From NCBI GenBank assembly GCA_964366535.1, contig CAYIUC010000002.1, positions 10,773 through 72,220 on the forward strand: a DNA stretch of 61,448 nt, read 5' to 3'. This document shows positions 29,088 through 36,961 of the stretch, piece after piece; the stretch's first letter is position 1; the number at the start of each line of letters is the position of its first letter. This stretch comes from an uncultured Candidatus Saccharibacteria bacterium. GTDB taxonomy: Bacteria; Patescibacteriota; Minisyncoccia; Phycocordibacterales; UBA10002. The notes below the pieces were generated by a model, which worked only from the letters and a program-made list of their open reading frames with translations, was not told the origin of the DNA and ran no database searches. The translations under genes and the position numbers were made by a program.

Positions 29088-29148
29088 CTCCTCTCCCCCT
29101 TTTTGAAAGGGGGAGTACCCGAGCGAAAGCGAGGGGGTAGGGGTTAGC
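29088..29148 (-). repeat. double-hairpin repeat arm (reverse)
   Basis: ctcctCTCCCCCTTTttgAAAGGGGGAGtacCCGAGCGaaaGCGAGGGggtaggggttagc. Confidence 0.75.
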
Positions 29149-29187
29149 ATACCTACCAAGCACTTCCACTTGATGGGGAGAGGAATT

Positions 29188-30459
29188 TTAGTACTCCCGC
29201 ATCGCGACTTGCGCGTCAATCTTTTTAACAAGGTCAAGTACTACAGACACGGCGATAAGGAGCGCGGTGCCGCCGATTGCAAGATTGGTATTGCCGGTAA
29301 TGCCTTGCATCGCAAGCGGTAGAACGGCGACAAGCGCAAGAAACACCGCTCCAACGAGTGTGATGCGCGTAACAATCTTTCCGATATATTCCGCTGTCGC
29401 GCGACCAGGGCGCACGCCCGGTACGAATGCCCCGTTTTTCTGCAAGTTGGTCGCTACCGACTCTGGCTCAAAAGTTACAGCGGTGTAGAAGTATGTAAAT
29501 ACGAGCACGAGAATGAAATAGAGCGTTGAGTAAAACCATCCGTTAGAGAAAATAGCGAGAAGCCACGAAGAAATCGCCTGCACGGTCGGGTTCGCGATGT
29601 TTGCCGTAAAACTCAAAATCATTTGCGGAAAAAGCAAAATAGAAAGAGCAAAAATAATTGGAATGACACCTGCTTGGTTCACCCGCAAAGGTAGGTAGGT
29701 AGACACTCCGCCATACTGGCGCATCCCGCGCACGCGCTTCGCGTATGTTACGGGCACAGGCCGCTCCGCCTCGCTCACAAACACGACTCCGTACACGACA
29801 GCAAGAGCCGCCGCGAGAAACGCGGCGTATAGCGGAATCTGCGAAGCATCGAAAGAAACGGCGAGCGCCGCGATGCCTTTCGGAATGCCCGCGACGATAC
29901 CAGCGAAGATAATGAGCGACACTCCGCTCCCGATGCCAAACTCAGTAACCAGCTCGCCAATCCACATAAGCAGAAATGCGCCCGCCACGACGAGCGACAT
30001 ATTTATAAGCGTATCAAATGCGGCTAGGTCGCCGAGTACCCCCTGCCTCGAAAGAAGCACCAAAAATCCGAAGCTGGATAGAAGAGCGAGCGGGAGGGTC
30101 AGAAGGCGCGAGTATTGCGAAAATCGCTTCCTACCGAGCTCGCCCTCTTCGTGGTAAAGTGCTTTGAGCTTCGGGAACACCATAGTCATGAGTTGCATAA
30201 TGATAGAAGCGGTAATGTACGGACCGACGCCAAGCATTACGATAGACAAGTTGTCCAACCCGCCGCCCGAAAAAATATTGAAAAGCCCAAGAAATTGATT
30301 TGTCTCAAGAAGCCGTGCAAGCGCAACTTCATCTATACCAGGAATAGGAACTGCCGCCAGAAGTCGGAACAATACGAATGCGCCCGCCACAAACAAGAGG
30401 CGTTTGCGAAGCACGCCGTCCGAAAGAGCAAGTTTTAATTTTTGCCAAAAGGAATTCAT
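29188..30459 (-). CDS. secY: preprotein translocase subunit SecY
   Basis: 10-TM profile with a GIDEVALARLL...GVGPYITASIIMQL signature. The ATGA overlaps the rplO stop. Confidence 0.95.
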   Translation of the reverse strand: MNSFWQKLKLALSDGVLRKRLLFVAGAFVLFRLLAAVPIPGIDEVALARLLETNQFLGLFNIFSGGGLDNLSIVMLGVGPYITASIIMQLMTMVFPKLKALYHEEGELGRKRFSQYSRLLTLPLALLSSFGFLVLLSRQGVLGDLAAFDTLINMSLVVAGAFLLMWIGELVTEFGIGSGVSLIIFAGIVAGIPKGIAALAVSFDASQIPLYAAFLAAALAVVYGVVFVSEAERPVPVTYAKRVRGMRQYGGVSTYLPLRVNQAGVIPIIFALSILLFPQMILSFTANIANPTVQAISSWLLAIFSNGWFYSTLYFILVLVFTYFYTAVTFEPESVATNLQKNGAFVPGVRPGRATAEYIGKIVTRITLVGAVFLALVAVLPLAMQGITGNTNLAIGGTALLIAVSVVLDLVKKIDAQVAMREY

Positions 30460-30896
30460 ACAATAGTTCCGCCAGCGGCTTCTATCTTCTTTCGTGCAGA
30501 TGCCGACGCCGTACATCCGGATACAGATATTTTCTTTTTAATTTCGCCATCTCCCAAAATCTTGACTTGAGGCAAAACACCCACGCGGCGCGATATAAGC
30601 CCCTTCGCAAGTAGCGTCTCCAGGGTTACCGTATCTCCCGCCGCAAACGCACGCTCCAAATCAGCGACGGAAACAATCGCGTGGTCTGGCGCAAACGACT
30701 TAAAGGTGTTTGTGCCGCGTCCGCGCTGTTTCGGAATCTTCATTAGCGCGTCGCGGAACTCCGGGCGCGGCTTGTTGCCCGCGCGCGCGGTCTGCCCCTT
30801 GCCGCCGCGACCCGAGGTCTTGCCGCGCTTGCCGCCGCGCCCAACCGTCGTCTTGCGCTTATTTGGATGTACCCGTTGTAGTTGGTGTAGTTGCAT
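30456..30896 (-). CDS. rplO: 50S ribosomal protein L15
   Basis: MQLHQLQRVHPNKRKTTVGRGGKRGKTSGRGGKGQ. Confidence 0.95.
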   Translation of the reverse strand: MQLHQLQRVHPNKRKTTVGRGGKRGKTSGRGGKGQTARAGNKPRPEFRDALMKIPKQRGRGTNTFKSFAPDHAIVSVADLERAFAAGDTVTLETLLAKGLISRRVGVLPQVKILGDGEIKKKISVSGCTASASARKKIEAAGGTIV

Positions 30897-31464
30897 ATGA
30901 TTTTGGTTTTTGTAATGTCGCGAGCGCCGCGATGGTCGCCTGCGCGATGTTCAGTTTATTCTTGCTTCCAGAAAGCACTTTCGCCGACACATCTCTTGCG
31001 CCGACAAGCTCCAAGACAGCGCGCGCCGCGCTTCCCGCGACTAATCCGCGGCCTTTCGCGGGGCGAATCTCCACAATCGCACTCGAATACTTAGCGCGCG
31101 CCTCATGCGGAATGGACATATCGGCAGTGAAGTGCGGGCGGACTGCGTACTTGCGCGCCGCGCGCGTCGCCTTCTCCATTGCAAGCGCAGTATCTACGCC
31201 CTTGCCTACCGCTACCCCGACCGCCCCGCGACGATTCCCTACTACTACAGCCGCGCTGAAGTTGAAGCGCCTCCCGCCCGCGGCGACGCGCGCGACGCGC
31301 TTCAGTGCAAGCATCTTTTCGTCAAACTCCGGCTTCGCGCGAGGAGGACGCTCGCGGCGGCCGCGAGTATTTCGGCGCTCAGCATGCTCGCGCTTAGGCG
31401 CAGCAGCTGGTGCTACTTCCACTTTCTCTACCGCCTCTACTGTTTTTTGTATTTCGTCGGTCAT
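30859..31464 (-). CDS. rpsE: 30S ribosomal protein S5 (with N- and C-terminal extensions)
   Basis: LALKRVARVAAGGRRFNFSAAVVVGNRRGAVGVAVGKG. Overlaps the rplO start by 38 nt, leaving no room for rpmD. Confidence 0.95.
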   Translation of the reverse strand: MTDEIQKTVEAVEKVEVAPAAAPKREHAERRNTRGRRERPPRAKPEFDEKMLALKRVARVAAGGRRFNFSAAVVVGNRRGAVGVAVGKGVDTALAMEKATRAARKYAVRPHFTADMSIPHEARAKYSSAIVEIRPAKGRGLVAGSAARAVLELVGARDVSAKVLSGSKNKLNIAQATIAALATLQKPKSYATTPTTTGTSK

Positions 31465-31469
31465 AATAT

Positions 31470-31808
31470 TTAAAATACCAATCCGCCAGCGCGCGCGCCC
31501 TCCGCAAGAGATTGCACAGCTCCTCGGTATCCGTAGCCGCCGCGGTCAAACACGGCTTTTGTAATGCCGAGCTTCTTGGCTTCGGCGGCTACCGCCTCCC
31601 CCGCCGCGCGCGCCTTTTCAAGCGGGGTCTTGCCCTTTGCTTTGCGTGTAGATGCAGAAACAATCGTCCGCGCCGCCACATCGTCTATCGCTTGCACCGA
31701 AAGGAAACGATTGGAGCGGAAAACCGAAAGACGCGGACGCTCTGCGGTGCCCGTTACCCTCGCTCGAATGCGAGCGTGCCGTCTTTTTCTTTGTTCTTCT
31801 TTGTTCAT
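31470..31808 (-). CDS. rplR: 50S ribosomal protein L18
   Basis: RHARIRARVTGTAERPRLSVFRSNRFLSVQAIDD...GYGYRGAVQSLAEGAR. Confidence 0.95.
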   Translation of the reverse strand: MNKEEQRKRRHARIRARVTGTAERPRLSVFRSNRFLSVQAIDDVAARTIVSASTRKAKGKTPLEKARAAGEAVAAEAKKLGITKAVFDRGGYGYRGAVQSLAEGARAGGLVF

Positions 31809-31825
31809 ATACTTTGTTCGTATTT

Positions 31826-32359
31826 TTATACCGTCTTCTTGCCCTGCTTGCGGCGAATTACTTCCGTATCATAACGAATACCCTTGCCCTTGTACGGCTC
31901 CGGCTCGCGGCGAGCGCGCACAAACGCCGCAAATTGCCCGACCGCCTCAATATCAGGACCCGTCACCGTAATCACATTTTTCTCCGCCACCACCTTAAGC
32001 CCTGTTGGGATAGGCACTACAACCTGGTGCGTAAACCCTAGCGCAAGCGTAAGCGTGTTTCCCTTCACATCCGCCTTAAATCCGATACCTTCCACAACAA
32101 GCTTCTTTTCGAACGGCTTGGTGGCGCCCGCGAACATATTCTTAATGTGCGCGACGGTCGTGCCTAAGTGCGGCTTTTGCTTCGGAGAATCGCTAGCAAG
32201 AGACACAGCAAGCGCACCGCCTTCATTTTTTATGCTTATGCTCGGATGGAACGAGCGCGTGAGCGTAGCACCTGGACCTTTGACCGTTACGGAAGTACCC
32301 GAAATAGAAACTTCGGTTTTTTCTGGAATCACAAGCGGTTTTTTTGCAAGGCGGCTCAT
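31826..32359 (-). CDS. rplF: 50S ribosomal protein L6
   Basis: MSRLAKKPLVIPEKTEVSISGTSVTVKGPGATL...PEPYKGKGIRY. Confidence 0.95.
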   Translation of the reverse strand: MSRLAKKPLVIPEKTEVSISGTSVTVKGPGATLTRSFHPSISIKNEGGALAVSLASDSPKQKPHLGTTVAHIKNMFAGATKPFEKKLVVEGIGFKADVKGNTLTLALGFTHQVVVPIPTGLKVVAEKNVITVTGPDIEAVGQFAAFVRARREPEPYKGKGIRYDTEVIRRKQGKKTV

Positions 32360-32368
32360 AAAAAATAT

Positions 32369-32755
32369 TTACCAAATCTGAAACAACGGTTCTCCGCCGA
32401 CCTTCGCCTTGCGCGCCGCCTCTCCAGTGAGTATGCCTTTCGGCGTAGTCAAGAAGAGCTTGCCGTATCCGTGCCGCACGGCGCGGAGCTCGCTTACCTG
32501 ACGGTAGAGGCGGCGCGAGGGCTTGGATAGGCGCTTCACTTCCGTAAACGCAGGAACACCATCGTTGTACTTTAGCGCTATTTCCAATTCGCGGCGGTGC
32601 TTCTCTCCGCGCACCGAGACCTTTGATAAGTAGCCCGCCTTCGCTAGCTCGCGCAACACGCATTCGTAAAAGGCATAATCTGGCAGAGCCGCCGACGCGC
32701 GCTTCGCGCGCGCGGCGTTCTTGAGTGTTGTTACCAATCGTGAAATGGAATCCAT
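32369..32755 (-). CDS. rpsH: 30S ribosomal protein S8
   Basis: MDSISRLVTTLKNAARAKRASAALP...GKLFLTTPKGILTGEAARKAKVGGEPLFQIW. Confidence 0.95.
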   Translation of the reverse strand: MDSISRLVTTLKNAARAKRASAALPDYAFYECVLRELAKAGYLSKVSVRGEKHRRELEIALKYNDGVPAFTEVKRLSKPSRRLYRQVSELRAVRHGYGKLFLTTPKGILTGEAARKAKVGGEPLFQIW

Positions 32756-32762
32756 AAAAGGG

Positions 32763-32948
32763 TTACCAAGAGGACTTGCGCACGCCCGGGATAAGCCCGT
32801 CGTTTGCAAGCTCGCGGAAGCAAATGCGGCATACGCCGAAATCGCGCATATAGGCGCGCTTCCTGCCGCACCGGAAGCACCGCAACACAGTGCGGGTAGA
32901 AAACTTTGGCGTCTTTAACGCGCGCGCTATTACCGATGTCTTCGCCAT
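32763..32948 (-). CDS. rpsZ: 30S ribosomal protein S14, zinc-binding type Z
   Basis: 61 aa with [21 protein letters not shown] (CxxC...CxxC). Confidence 0.95.
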   Translation of the reverse strand: MAKTSVIARALKTPKFSTRTVLRCFRCGRKRAYMRDFGVCRICFRELANDGLIPGVRKSSW

Positions 32949-33091
32949 AATAAAACTAGACGCCCAAAAGAGCGTCCATCTACCCTATCAAACCCCGCCC
33001 ATTTTGTCCATACCGATGAACCACCAACCCCTATCTGTTCTTGAGGCATTCTTCCAAGTATCTGCTATAGCAAGTAGTTGGGAGAATGTAA

Positions 33092-33157
33092 GACACCCCT
33101 CCCGCTTCGCCCCGCCAACCGGCGGGGCTTGTCCCTCCCCTTATGTTAAGGGCAGGG
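33092..33157 (+). repeat. double-hairpin repeat arm (forward)
   Basis: gacacccctcccgcttcGCCCCGCCaaccGGCGGGGCttgtCCCTCCCCTTatgttAAGGGcAGGG. Confidence 0.75.
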
Positions 33158-33159
33158 AA

Positions 33160-33465
33160 AAGAAAAAAGCGCACTCACAGAGTGCGCTCCGATAAGATGA
33201 TAGAGTGGTAATCTTTCGCGTCACCTACACCGTTTTTAGGGGTTTATGAGGTCGATTACACCCACCGATGGCAGTCGAGTCTACTGATTGGCCGCCGTCG
33301 ACATTGCCATTTGATCACATCTATTCTAGGGATTTTGATTGCTTATAAGATTTCTACAATCATTACCCCACGCTCTATTGACAGCATAGCAAACCATGTC
33401 CTAAAAGTCAAGCGTTGGTGCAACTTCATTTTGTTGATTGTCAGAAAACCCTTGTTTTGCAACAT
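33160..33465 (-). pseudogene. decayed DUF559 gene
   Basis: Minus-strand frame reads MLQNKGFLTINKMKLHQRLTFRTWFAMLSIERGVMIVEIL-stop, then AIKIPRIDV. Compare intact IKLW..QLGFKFRRQESIGWYIVDFYC and AKKLAIEIDG. DNA shares tctacaat..tacc with copy 2. Confidence 0.5.
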
Positions 33466-33506
33466 ATTAAACGGCTAAACGCGCGTTTAGCCGTTTTTGA
33501 TTACCG

Positions 33507-33580
33507 CCTGCCCTTTTCCAAAGGGGAGGTGGCGAGCCCCGCCACGCCGTAGGCGGGGCGGGGCGAGACGGAGGGGTTGT
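33507..33580 (-). repeat. double-hairpin repeat arm (reverse)
   Basis: cctgCCCTTttccAAAGGGgaggtggcgaGCCCCGCCacgccgtaGGCGGGGCggggcgagacggaggggttgtt. Confidence 0.75.
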
Positions 33581-33592
33581 TCCCGACTTGTA

Positions 33593-33661
33593 CTAACCCC
33601 CTCCCCCTCGTCCCGCTTACAGCGGGACTCGGGTACTCCCCCTTTCAAAAAGGGGGAGAGG
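33593..33661 (+). repeat. solo double-hairpin repeat (forward), back-to-back with the arm at 33507-33580
   Basis: ctaaccccctccccctcGTCCCGCttacaGCGGGACtcgggtaCTCCCCCTTTcaaaAAGGGGGAGagg. Closest to the arm at 29088-29148. Confidence 0.7.
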
Positions 33662-33671
33662 AAAAGTGTTT

Positions 33672-34223
33672 TTATTTCTTCCCCTTTTCGCGCTTGGAGA
33701 ATGGGAAGCCGAGGTGAGCAAGGAAGGCGCGCGCTTCGTCAGGATTTTTGGCAGTTGTGACGATAGTAACCCCCATACCGAATACATCTTTCAATTCTTC
33801 ATCGGCTGTTTCCGGAAACACAGTGTGCTCGCGGACGCCAATCGTCATATTGCCCATTTCATCTACCGATGATTGCGAAAGCCCTCGAAAGTCCTTTGTG
33901 CGCGGGAGCGCCACCTGTATAAGCTTATCTAGAAACCCAAACATTCGTGCGCCGCGAAGTGTCGCAAGCGCGCCCACCACATCGCCCTCTCGCGACTTGA
34001 AAGATGCGATGGACTTTTTCGCGGCGCGCGGACTGGGCTTTTGACCCGCAATCTTCGCGAGGCGGTCCAATACTATGTCAATCTTTTTCTTGTCCTTAAA
34101 CGAGCCGACACCCGACGACACGGACACGGAGACAAGGCGCGGCGCCTGCATCACATTCTTGTAGCCGAATGTGTCTTTGAGCGCAGAAAACGCGAGTTTT
34201 TGTTTTTCTTTAATCGTTTTCAT
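33672..34223 (-). CDS. rplE: 50S ribosomal protein L5
   Basis: GYKNVMQAPRLVSVSVSSGVG...KSIASFKSREGDVVGALATLRG...GNMTIGVREHTVFPE. Confidence 0.95.
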   Translation of the reverse strand: MKTIKEKQKLAFSALKDTFGYKNVMQAPRLVSVSVSSGVGSFKDKKKIDIVLDRLAKIAGQKPSPRAAKKSIASFKSREGDVVGALATLRGARMFGFLDKLIQVALPRTKDFRGLSQSSVDEMGNMTIGVREHTVFPETADEELKDVFGMGVTIVTTAKNPDEARAFLAHLGFPFSKREKGKK

Positions 34224-34227
34224 GTTT

Positions 34228-34452
34228 TTATTTATCTTTCGCGAGCGCTACATTGGACACATGGATAGGCATAGCGCGTTCTACGATCTGCCCCTTCTGC
34301 CCCGCTTTGCGCGGACGCTCGTGCTTCTTGACTTTGTTTACACCCTCTACTACCACGCGAGAAATCTTCGGGAGTGCAGAAAGCACTTTACCGCTCTTGC
34401 CGCGATCTCTTCCAACCCGAACTACTACGATGTCTCCTTTGTGTATTTTCAT
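34228..34452 (-). CDS. rplX: 50S ribosomal protein L24
   Basis: MKIHKGDIVVVRVGRDRGKSGKVL (KOW motif). Confidence 0.95.
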   Translation of the reverse strand: MKIHKGDIVVVRVGRDRGKSGKVLSALPKISRVVVEGVNKVKKHERPRKAGQKGQIVERAMPIHVSNVALAKDK

Positions 34453-34457
34453 AATGG

Positions 34458-34829
34458 TTATACGAGTTCTTCTGCTTTTGATGATATTCCGCCAAACCCC
34501 TTTTCTGCAATCTCGCGCGGAATTGGCCCGAACACGCGCCCGCCGATCGGCTCATGCTTCGCTTTGTCCACTAGCACTACAGCGTTTTCATCAAAGCGAA
34601 TGTAGGAGCCGTCCGCGCGCCGCAATGCATTCTTTTGGCGCACGATTACCGCGTGGTGCACTTCTTTCTTTTTGACAGTGCGGCGCGGCTCTGCCTTCTG
34701 GATGGACAGCACTATTACATCTCCGATACCCGCATAACGCCTCTTAGAACCGCCGAGCACCTTGAAGATGCGTCCGATTTTTCCTCCGGAGTTGTCGGCT
34801 ATATTCACGATGGCGCGCGGTTGTAACAT
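34458..34829 (-). CDS. rplN: 50S ribosomal protein L14
   Basis: MLQPRAIVNIADNSGGKIGRIFKVLGGSKRRYAGIGDVIV. Confidence 0.95.
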   Translation of the reverse strand: MLQPRAIVNIADNSGGKIGRIFKVLGGSKRRYAGIGDVIVLSIQKAEPRRTVKKKEVHHAVIVRQKNALRRADGSYIRFDENAVVLVDKAKHEPIGGRVFGPIPREIAEKGFGGISSKAEELV

Positions 34830-34831
34830 AT

Positions 34832-35080
34832 TTATACGATTCTAAAATGCTTATTCTTGGAAATCGGGCGGCATTCCGCTATTTCTACTTTGTCGCCGAC
34901 TTTTTTCGCATTGCCCGCATCGTGCGCTTGATAGCGCTTTGTTACCCGCAAATACTTTTGGTACTTCGCGTGCTTTACGAGCCGATGCACCTCGACAACT
35001 GCGGTATCCTTCATCTTGTCCGACACTACGACACCCTGCAGTGTGCGGACGCGTTTTGCTGTTGCTTTGTTATTCTCCAT
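34832..35080 (-). CDS. rpsQ: 30S ribosomal protein S17
   Basis: LQGVVVSDKMKDTAVVEVHRLVKHAKYQKYLRVTKRYQAHD...GDKVEIAECRPISKNKHF. Confidence 0.95.
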   Translation of the reverse strand: MENNKATAKRVRTLQGVVVSDKMKDTAVVEVHRLVKHAKYQKYLRVTKRYQAHDAGNAKKVGDKVEIAECRPISKNKHFRIV

Positions 35081-35103
35081 ATATATAAAGATAAGTCAAG
35101 TTT

Positions 35104-35520
35104 TTAACGGGCTACTACTTTTGTCTTCACGGGGAGCTTAGTACCCGCCTTGCGAAGGGTTTCCACAGCGGCTTCTTGCGACAGGCCATCTACTTCGAAA
35201 AGCACGCGGCCTGGCCGCACTTCCATAGCATATCCTTGCGGGTCGCCCTTGCCTTTGCCCATGCCAACTTCGGGCGGCTTCGCCGTATATGGTCGGTCGG
35301 GAAAGATGCGTATCCAAATCTTACCTGTCTTCCCCGCCTCGCGCGAGGCAACCTTGCGCGCCGCCTCTATTTGGTTTGAGCGAATGCGTCCGGAAGAAAT
35401 CGCTTTAAGACCAAATGAGCCGAACGACACTTCGGTGCCGCGCGTGTCTAAACCGCCGCGCCGAGCGTTACGGCGCATTGTATGCCACTTGCGATATTTA
35501 ACTTTTTTAGGAAGTAACAT
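35104..35520 (-). CDS. rplP: 50S ribosomal protein L16
   Basis: MLLPKKVKYRKWHTMRR...GSFGLKA...RIFPDRPYTAKPPEVGMGKGKGDP. Confidence 0.95.
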   Translation of the reverse strand: MLLPKKVKYRKWHTMRRNARRGGLDTRGTEVSFGSFGLKAISSGRIRSNQIEAARKVASREAGKTGKIWIRIFPDRPYTAKPPEVGMGKGKGDPQGYAMEVRPGRVLFEVDGLSQEAAVETLRKAGTKLPVKTKVVAR

Positions 35521-35526
35521 AGCAGT

Positions 35527-36192
35527 TTATTTTGTATCTTTTTCAAATACCTCTCCTTTGTAAATCCACACCTTTATGCCTATGGCGCCGTACGGAAGCA
35601 CCGCGCGCTCGCGCGCGAAGTCAATGTCGGCGCGGAGCGTTTGCAGTGGCACGCGGCCCTTCATCATATCTTCCGAACGCGCCATTTCCGCGCCGCCCAA
35701 ACGACCTCCGAGATACACCTTCACGCCCTTCACCTCGCGGTTAGCCATCACCTTCTCTATCGTCTGCTTCATCACGCGGCGGAACGGCATGCGCTTCTCG
35801 AGCCCCTCTGCGATCATCTGCGAGACAATAGCCGCGGATGCCTCCGGCGAGCGCACTTCTTCAATGTCTACGCGCATTTCCTCCTTGCTTTGCGCTTTCT
35901 TGCGGCGCAAGTGTTCCAATAGGTCGTTCTTTAGCTTTACCGCCCCTTCTCCACCGCGGCCAACAAGTAGCCCAGGGCGCGCCGTCTTCACAATCACGCG
36001 AAACTTCTTAGCGCCGCGTTCAATCAATATGTCGGAGACATGCATCCCGCGCAGACGCTTCGCCAAGAATTCACGAATAATTACATCCCGGCGCAAGGTG
36101 TCGCGATATGCAGTACCCGTAGAAAACCATCGGCTTTTCCAGTCGCGTATAATGCCGATGCGGTGGGCGTATGGGTGTACTGTATGACTCAT
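35527..36192 (-). CDS. rpsC: 30S ribosomal protein S3
   Basis: MSHTVHPYAHRIGIIRDWKSRWF with KH and S3-C domains. Confidence 0.95.
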   Translation of the reverse strand: MSHTVHPYAHRIGIIRDWKSRWFSTGTAYRDTLRRDVIIREFLAKRLRGMHVSDILIERGAKKFRVIVKTARPGLLVGRGGEGAVKLKNDLLEHLRRKKAQSKEEMRVDIEEVRSPEASAAIVSQMIAEGLEKRMPFRRVMKQTIEKVMANREVKGVKVYLGGRLGGAEMARSEDMMKGRVPLQTLRADIDFARERAVLPYGAIGIKVWIYKGEVFEKDTK

Positions 36193-36197
36193 AAAAA

Positions 36198-36533
36198 TTA
36201 TTTCTTCTTTTCCGCAAGCGCGAGAGTTATTTTACTTGTGCGCTTCAATATTTGATACGCCGAGCCGTGCGCCCGCGGCATATGGCGCTTCAAGGTCTTT
36301 CCGCCATCAACTTGTAAGTTGGAGACGGTGAGCATAGACAAGTCGGAAATTCCTCCGATATTCGCGGCATTCTTCGCCGCGCTGTCCAAAAGTTTGCGTA
36401 GCGGGAGCGCCGCCGCCTTCGGCATAAACGACAAAATGGCGCGCGCCTCTGCGACGGACTTGCCGCGCACCGCGTCCGCCGCAAGCCGCACCTTGCGCGG
36501 CGACATCCGCAGGTTGTTTAATATTGCTTTCAT
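36198..36533 (-). CDS. rplV: 50S ribosomal protein L22
   Basis: MKAILNNLRMSPRKVRLAADAVRGKSVAEARAILSF. Start chosen just after the rpsS stop (the track ORF runs to 36584). Confidence 0.9.
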   Translation of the reverse strand: MKAILNNLRMSPRKVRLAADAVRGKSVAEARAILSFMPKAAALPLRKLLDSAAKNAANIGGISDLSMLTVSNLQVDGGKTLKRHMPRAHGSAYQILKRTSKITLALAEKKK

Positions 36534-36534
36534 A

Positions 36535-36879
36535 TTATTTCTTCGCCGACTCCGTAGCCGCTTTTGCGGCTTGCGCGGACGCAATTTCCGACTCCTTCGC
36601 CTTCGCCTCTTGGTCTTTCTGCATCTTGCCGCCGTGCTTCACAAACTTGCGAGTCAAAGAAAACTCTCCGAACCTATGGCCGACCATTTCTTCGGTTACG
36701 AGCACTTCGGGGAAATCCTTGCCGTTGTGTACAAGAAATTTGAAACCGACCATATCTGGAGCAATGACGGAATACCGCGCCCAAATCTTCACGGGCGGCG
36801 TGCCTTCCGGCTTCTTGCCCGCAATCTTCTTCATAACGCGCGGGTCTACAAATGGTCCTTTGGATACTGAACGGCTCAT
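36535..36879 (-). CDS. rpsS: 30S ribosomal protein S19 with Lys/Ala/Glu-rich C-terminal tail
   Basis: MSRSVSKGPFVDPRVMKKI...FLVHNGKDFPEVLVTEEMVGHRFGEFSLTRKF, followed by a tail of about 30 aa. Confidence 0.95.
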   Translation of the reverse strand: MSRSVSKGPFVDPRVMKKIAGKKPEGTPPVKIWARYSVIAPDMVGFKFLVHNGKDFPEVLVTEEMVGHRFGEFSLTRKFVKHGGKMQKDQEAKAKESEIASAQAAKAATESAKK

Positions 36880-36914
36880 AATAGCAATTAAAAATCCCCG
36901 CAAAGGGCACTGCC

Positions 36915-36944
36915 ACTCTAGCAGAAAAGAGCGTTAAAAGTCAA
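36915..36944 (-). promoter_or_regulatory. sigma70-like promoter TTGACT-N18-TAGAGT upstream of rpsS
   Basis: Minus strand reads gcaagTTGACTtttaacgctcttttctgcTAGAGTggcag, 35 nt before the rpsS ATG. Confidence 0.5.
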
Positions 36945-36961
36945 CTTGCGCGCGAAGGCAT

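Larger units (their letters stand above)
28661..29148 (-). mobile_element. DUF559 cassette 2 (about 488 bp) inserted between secY and adk
   Basis: Arms 28661-28716 and 29088-29148 are inverted copies. An extra arm fragment lies at 28627-28646. The interior is AT-richer. Confidence 0.5.
33092..33580 (-). mobile_element. DUF559 cassette 3 (about 489 bp), coding capacity decayed, between rpsZ and rplE
   Basis: Intact inverted arms at 33092-33157 and 33507-33580. The AT-rich interior has recognisable DUF559 remnants on the minus strand and no long ORF. Confidence 0.5.

Noticed and set aside
33164-33376. Candidate 210-nt structured sRNA (promoter TTGACT-N17-TATGCT, closing helix AGAG..GGTAAT/ATTACC..CTCT, terminator with T6)
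   Set aside because: The same stretch aligns, with frame breaks, to the DUF559 coding sequence, so it is most simply a decayed gene. The promoter-like box arises from the LTF codons. It is kept only as a side note in the cassette-3 finding until RNA data exist.
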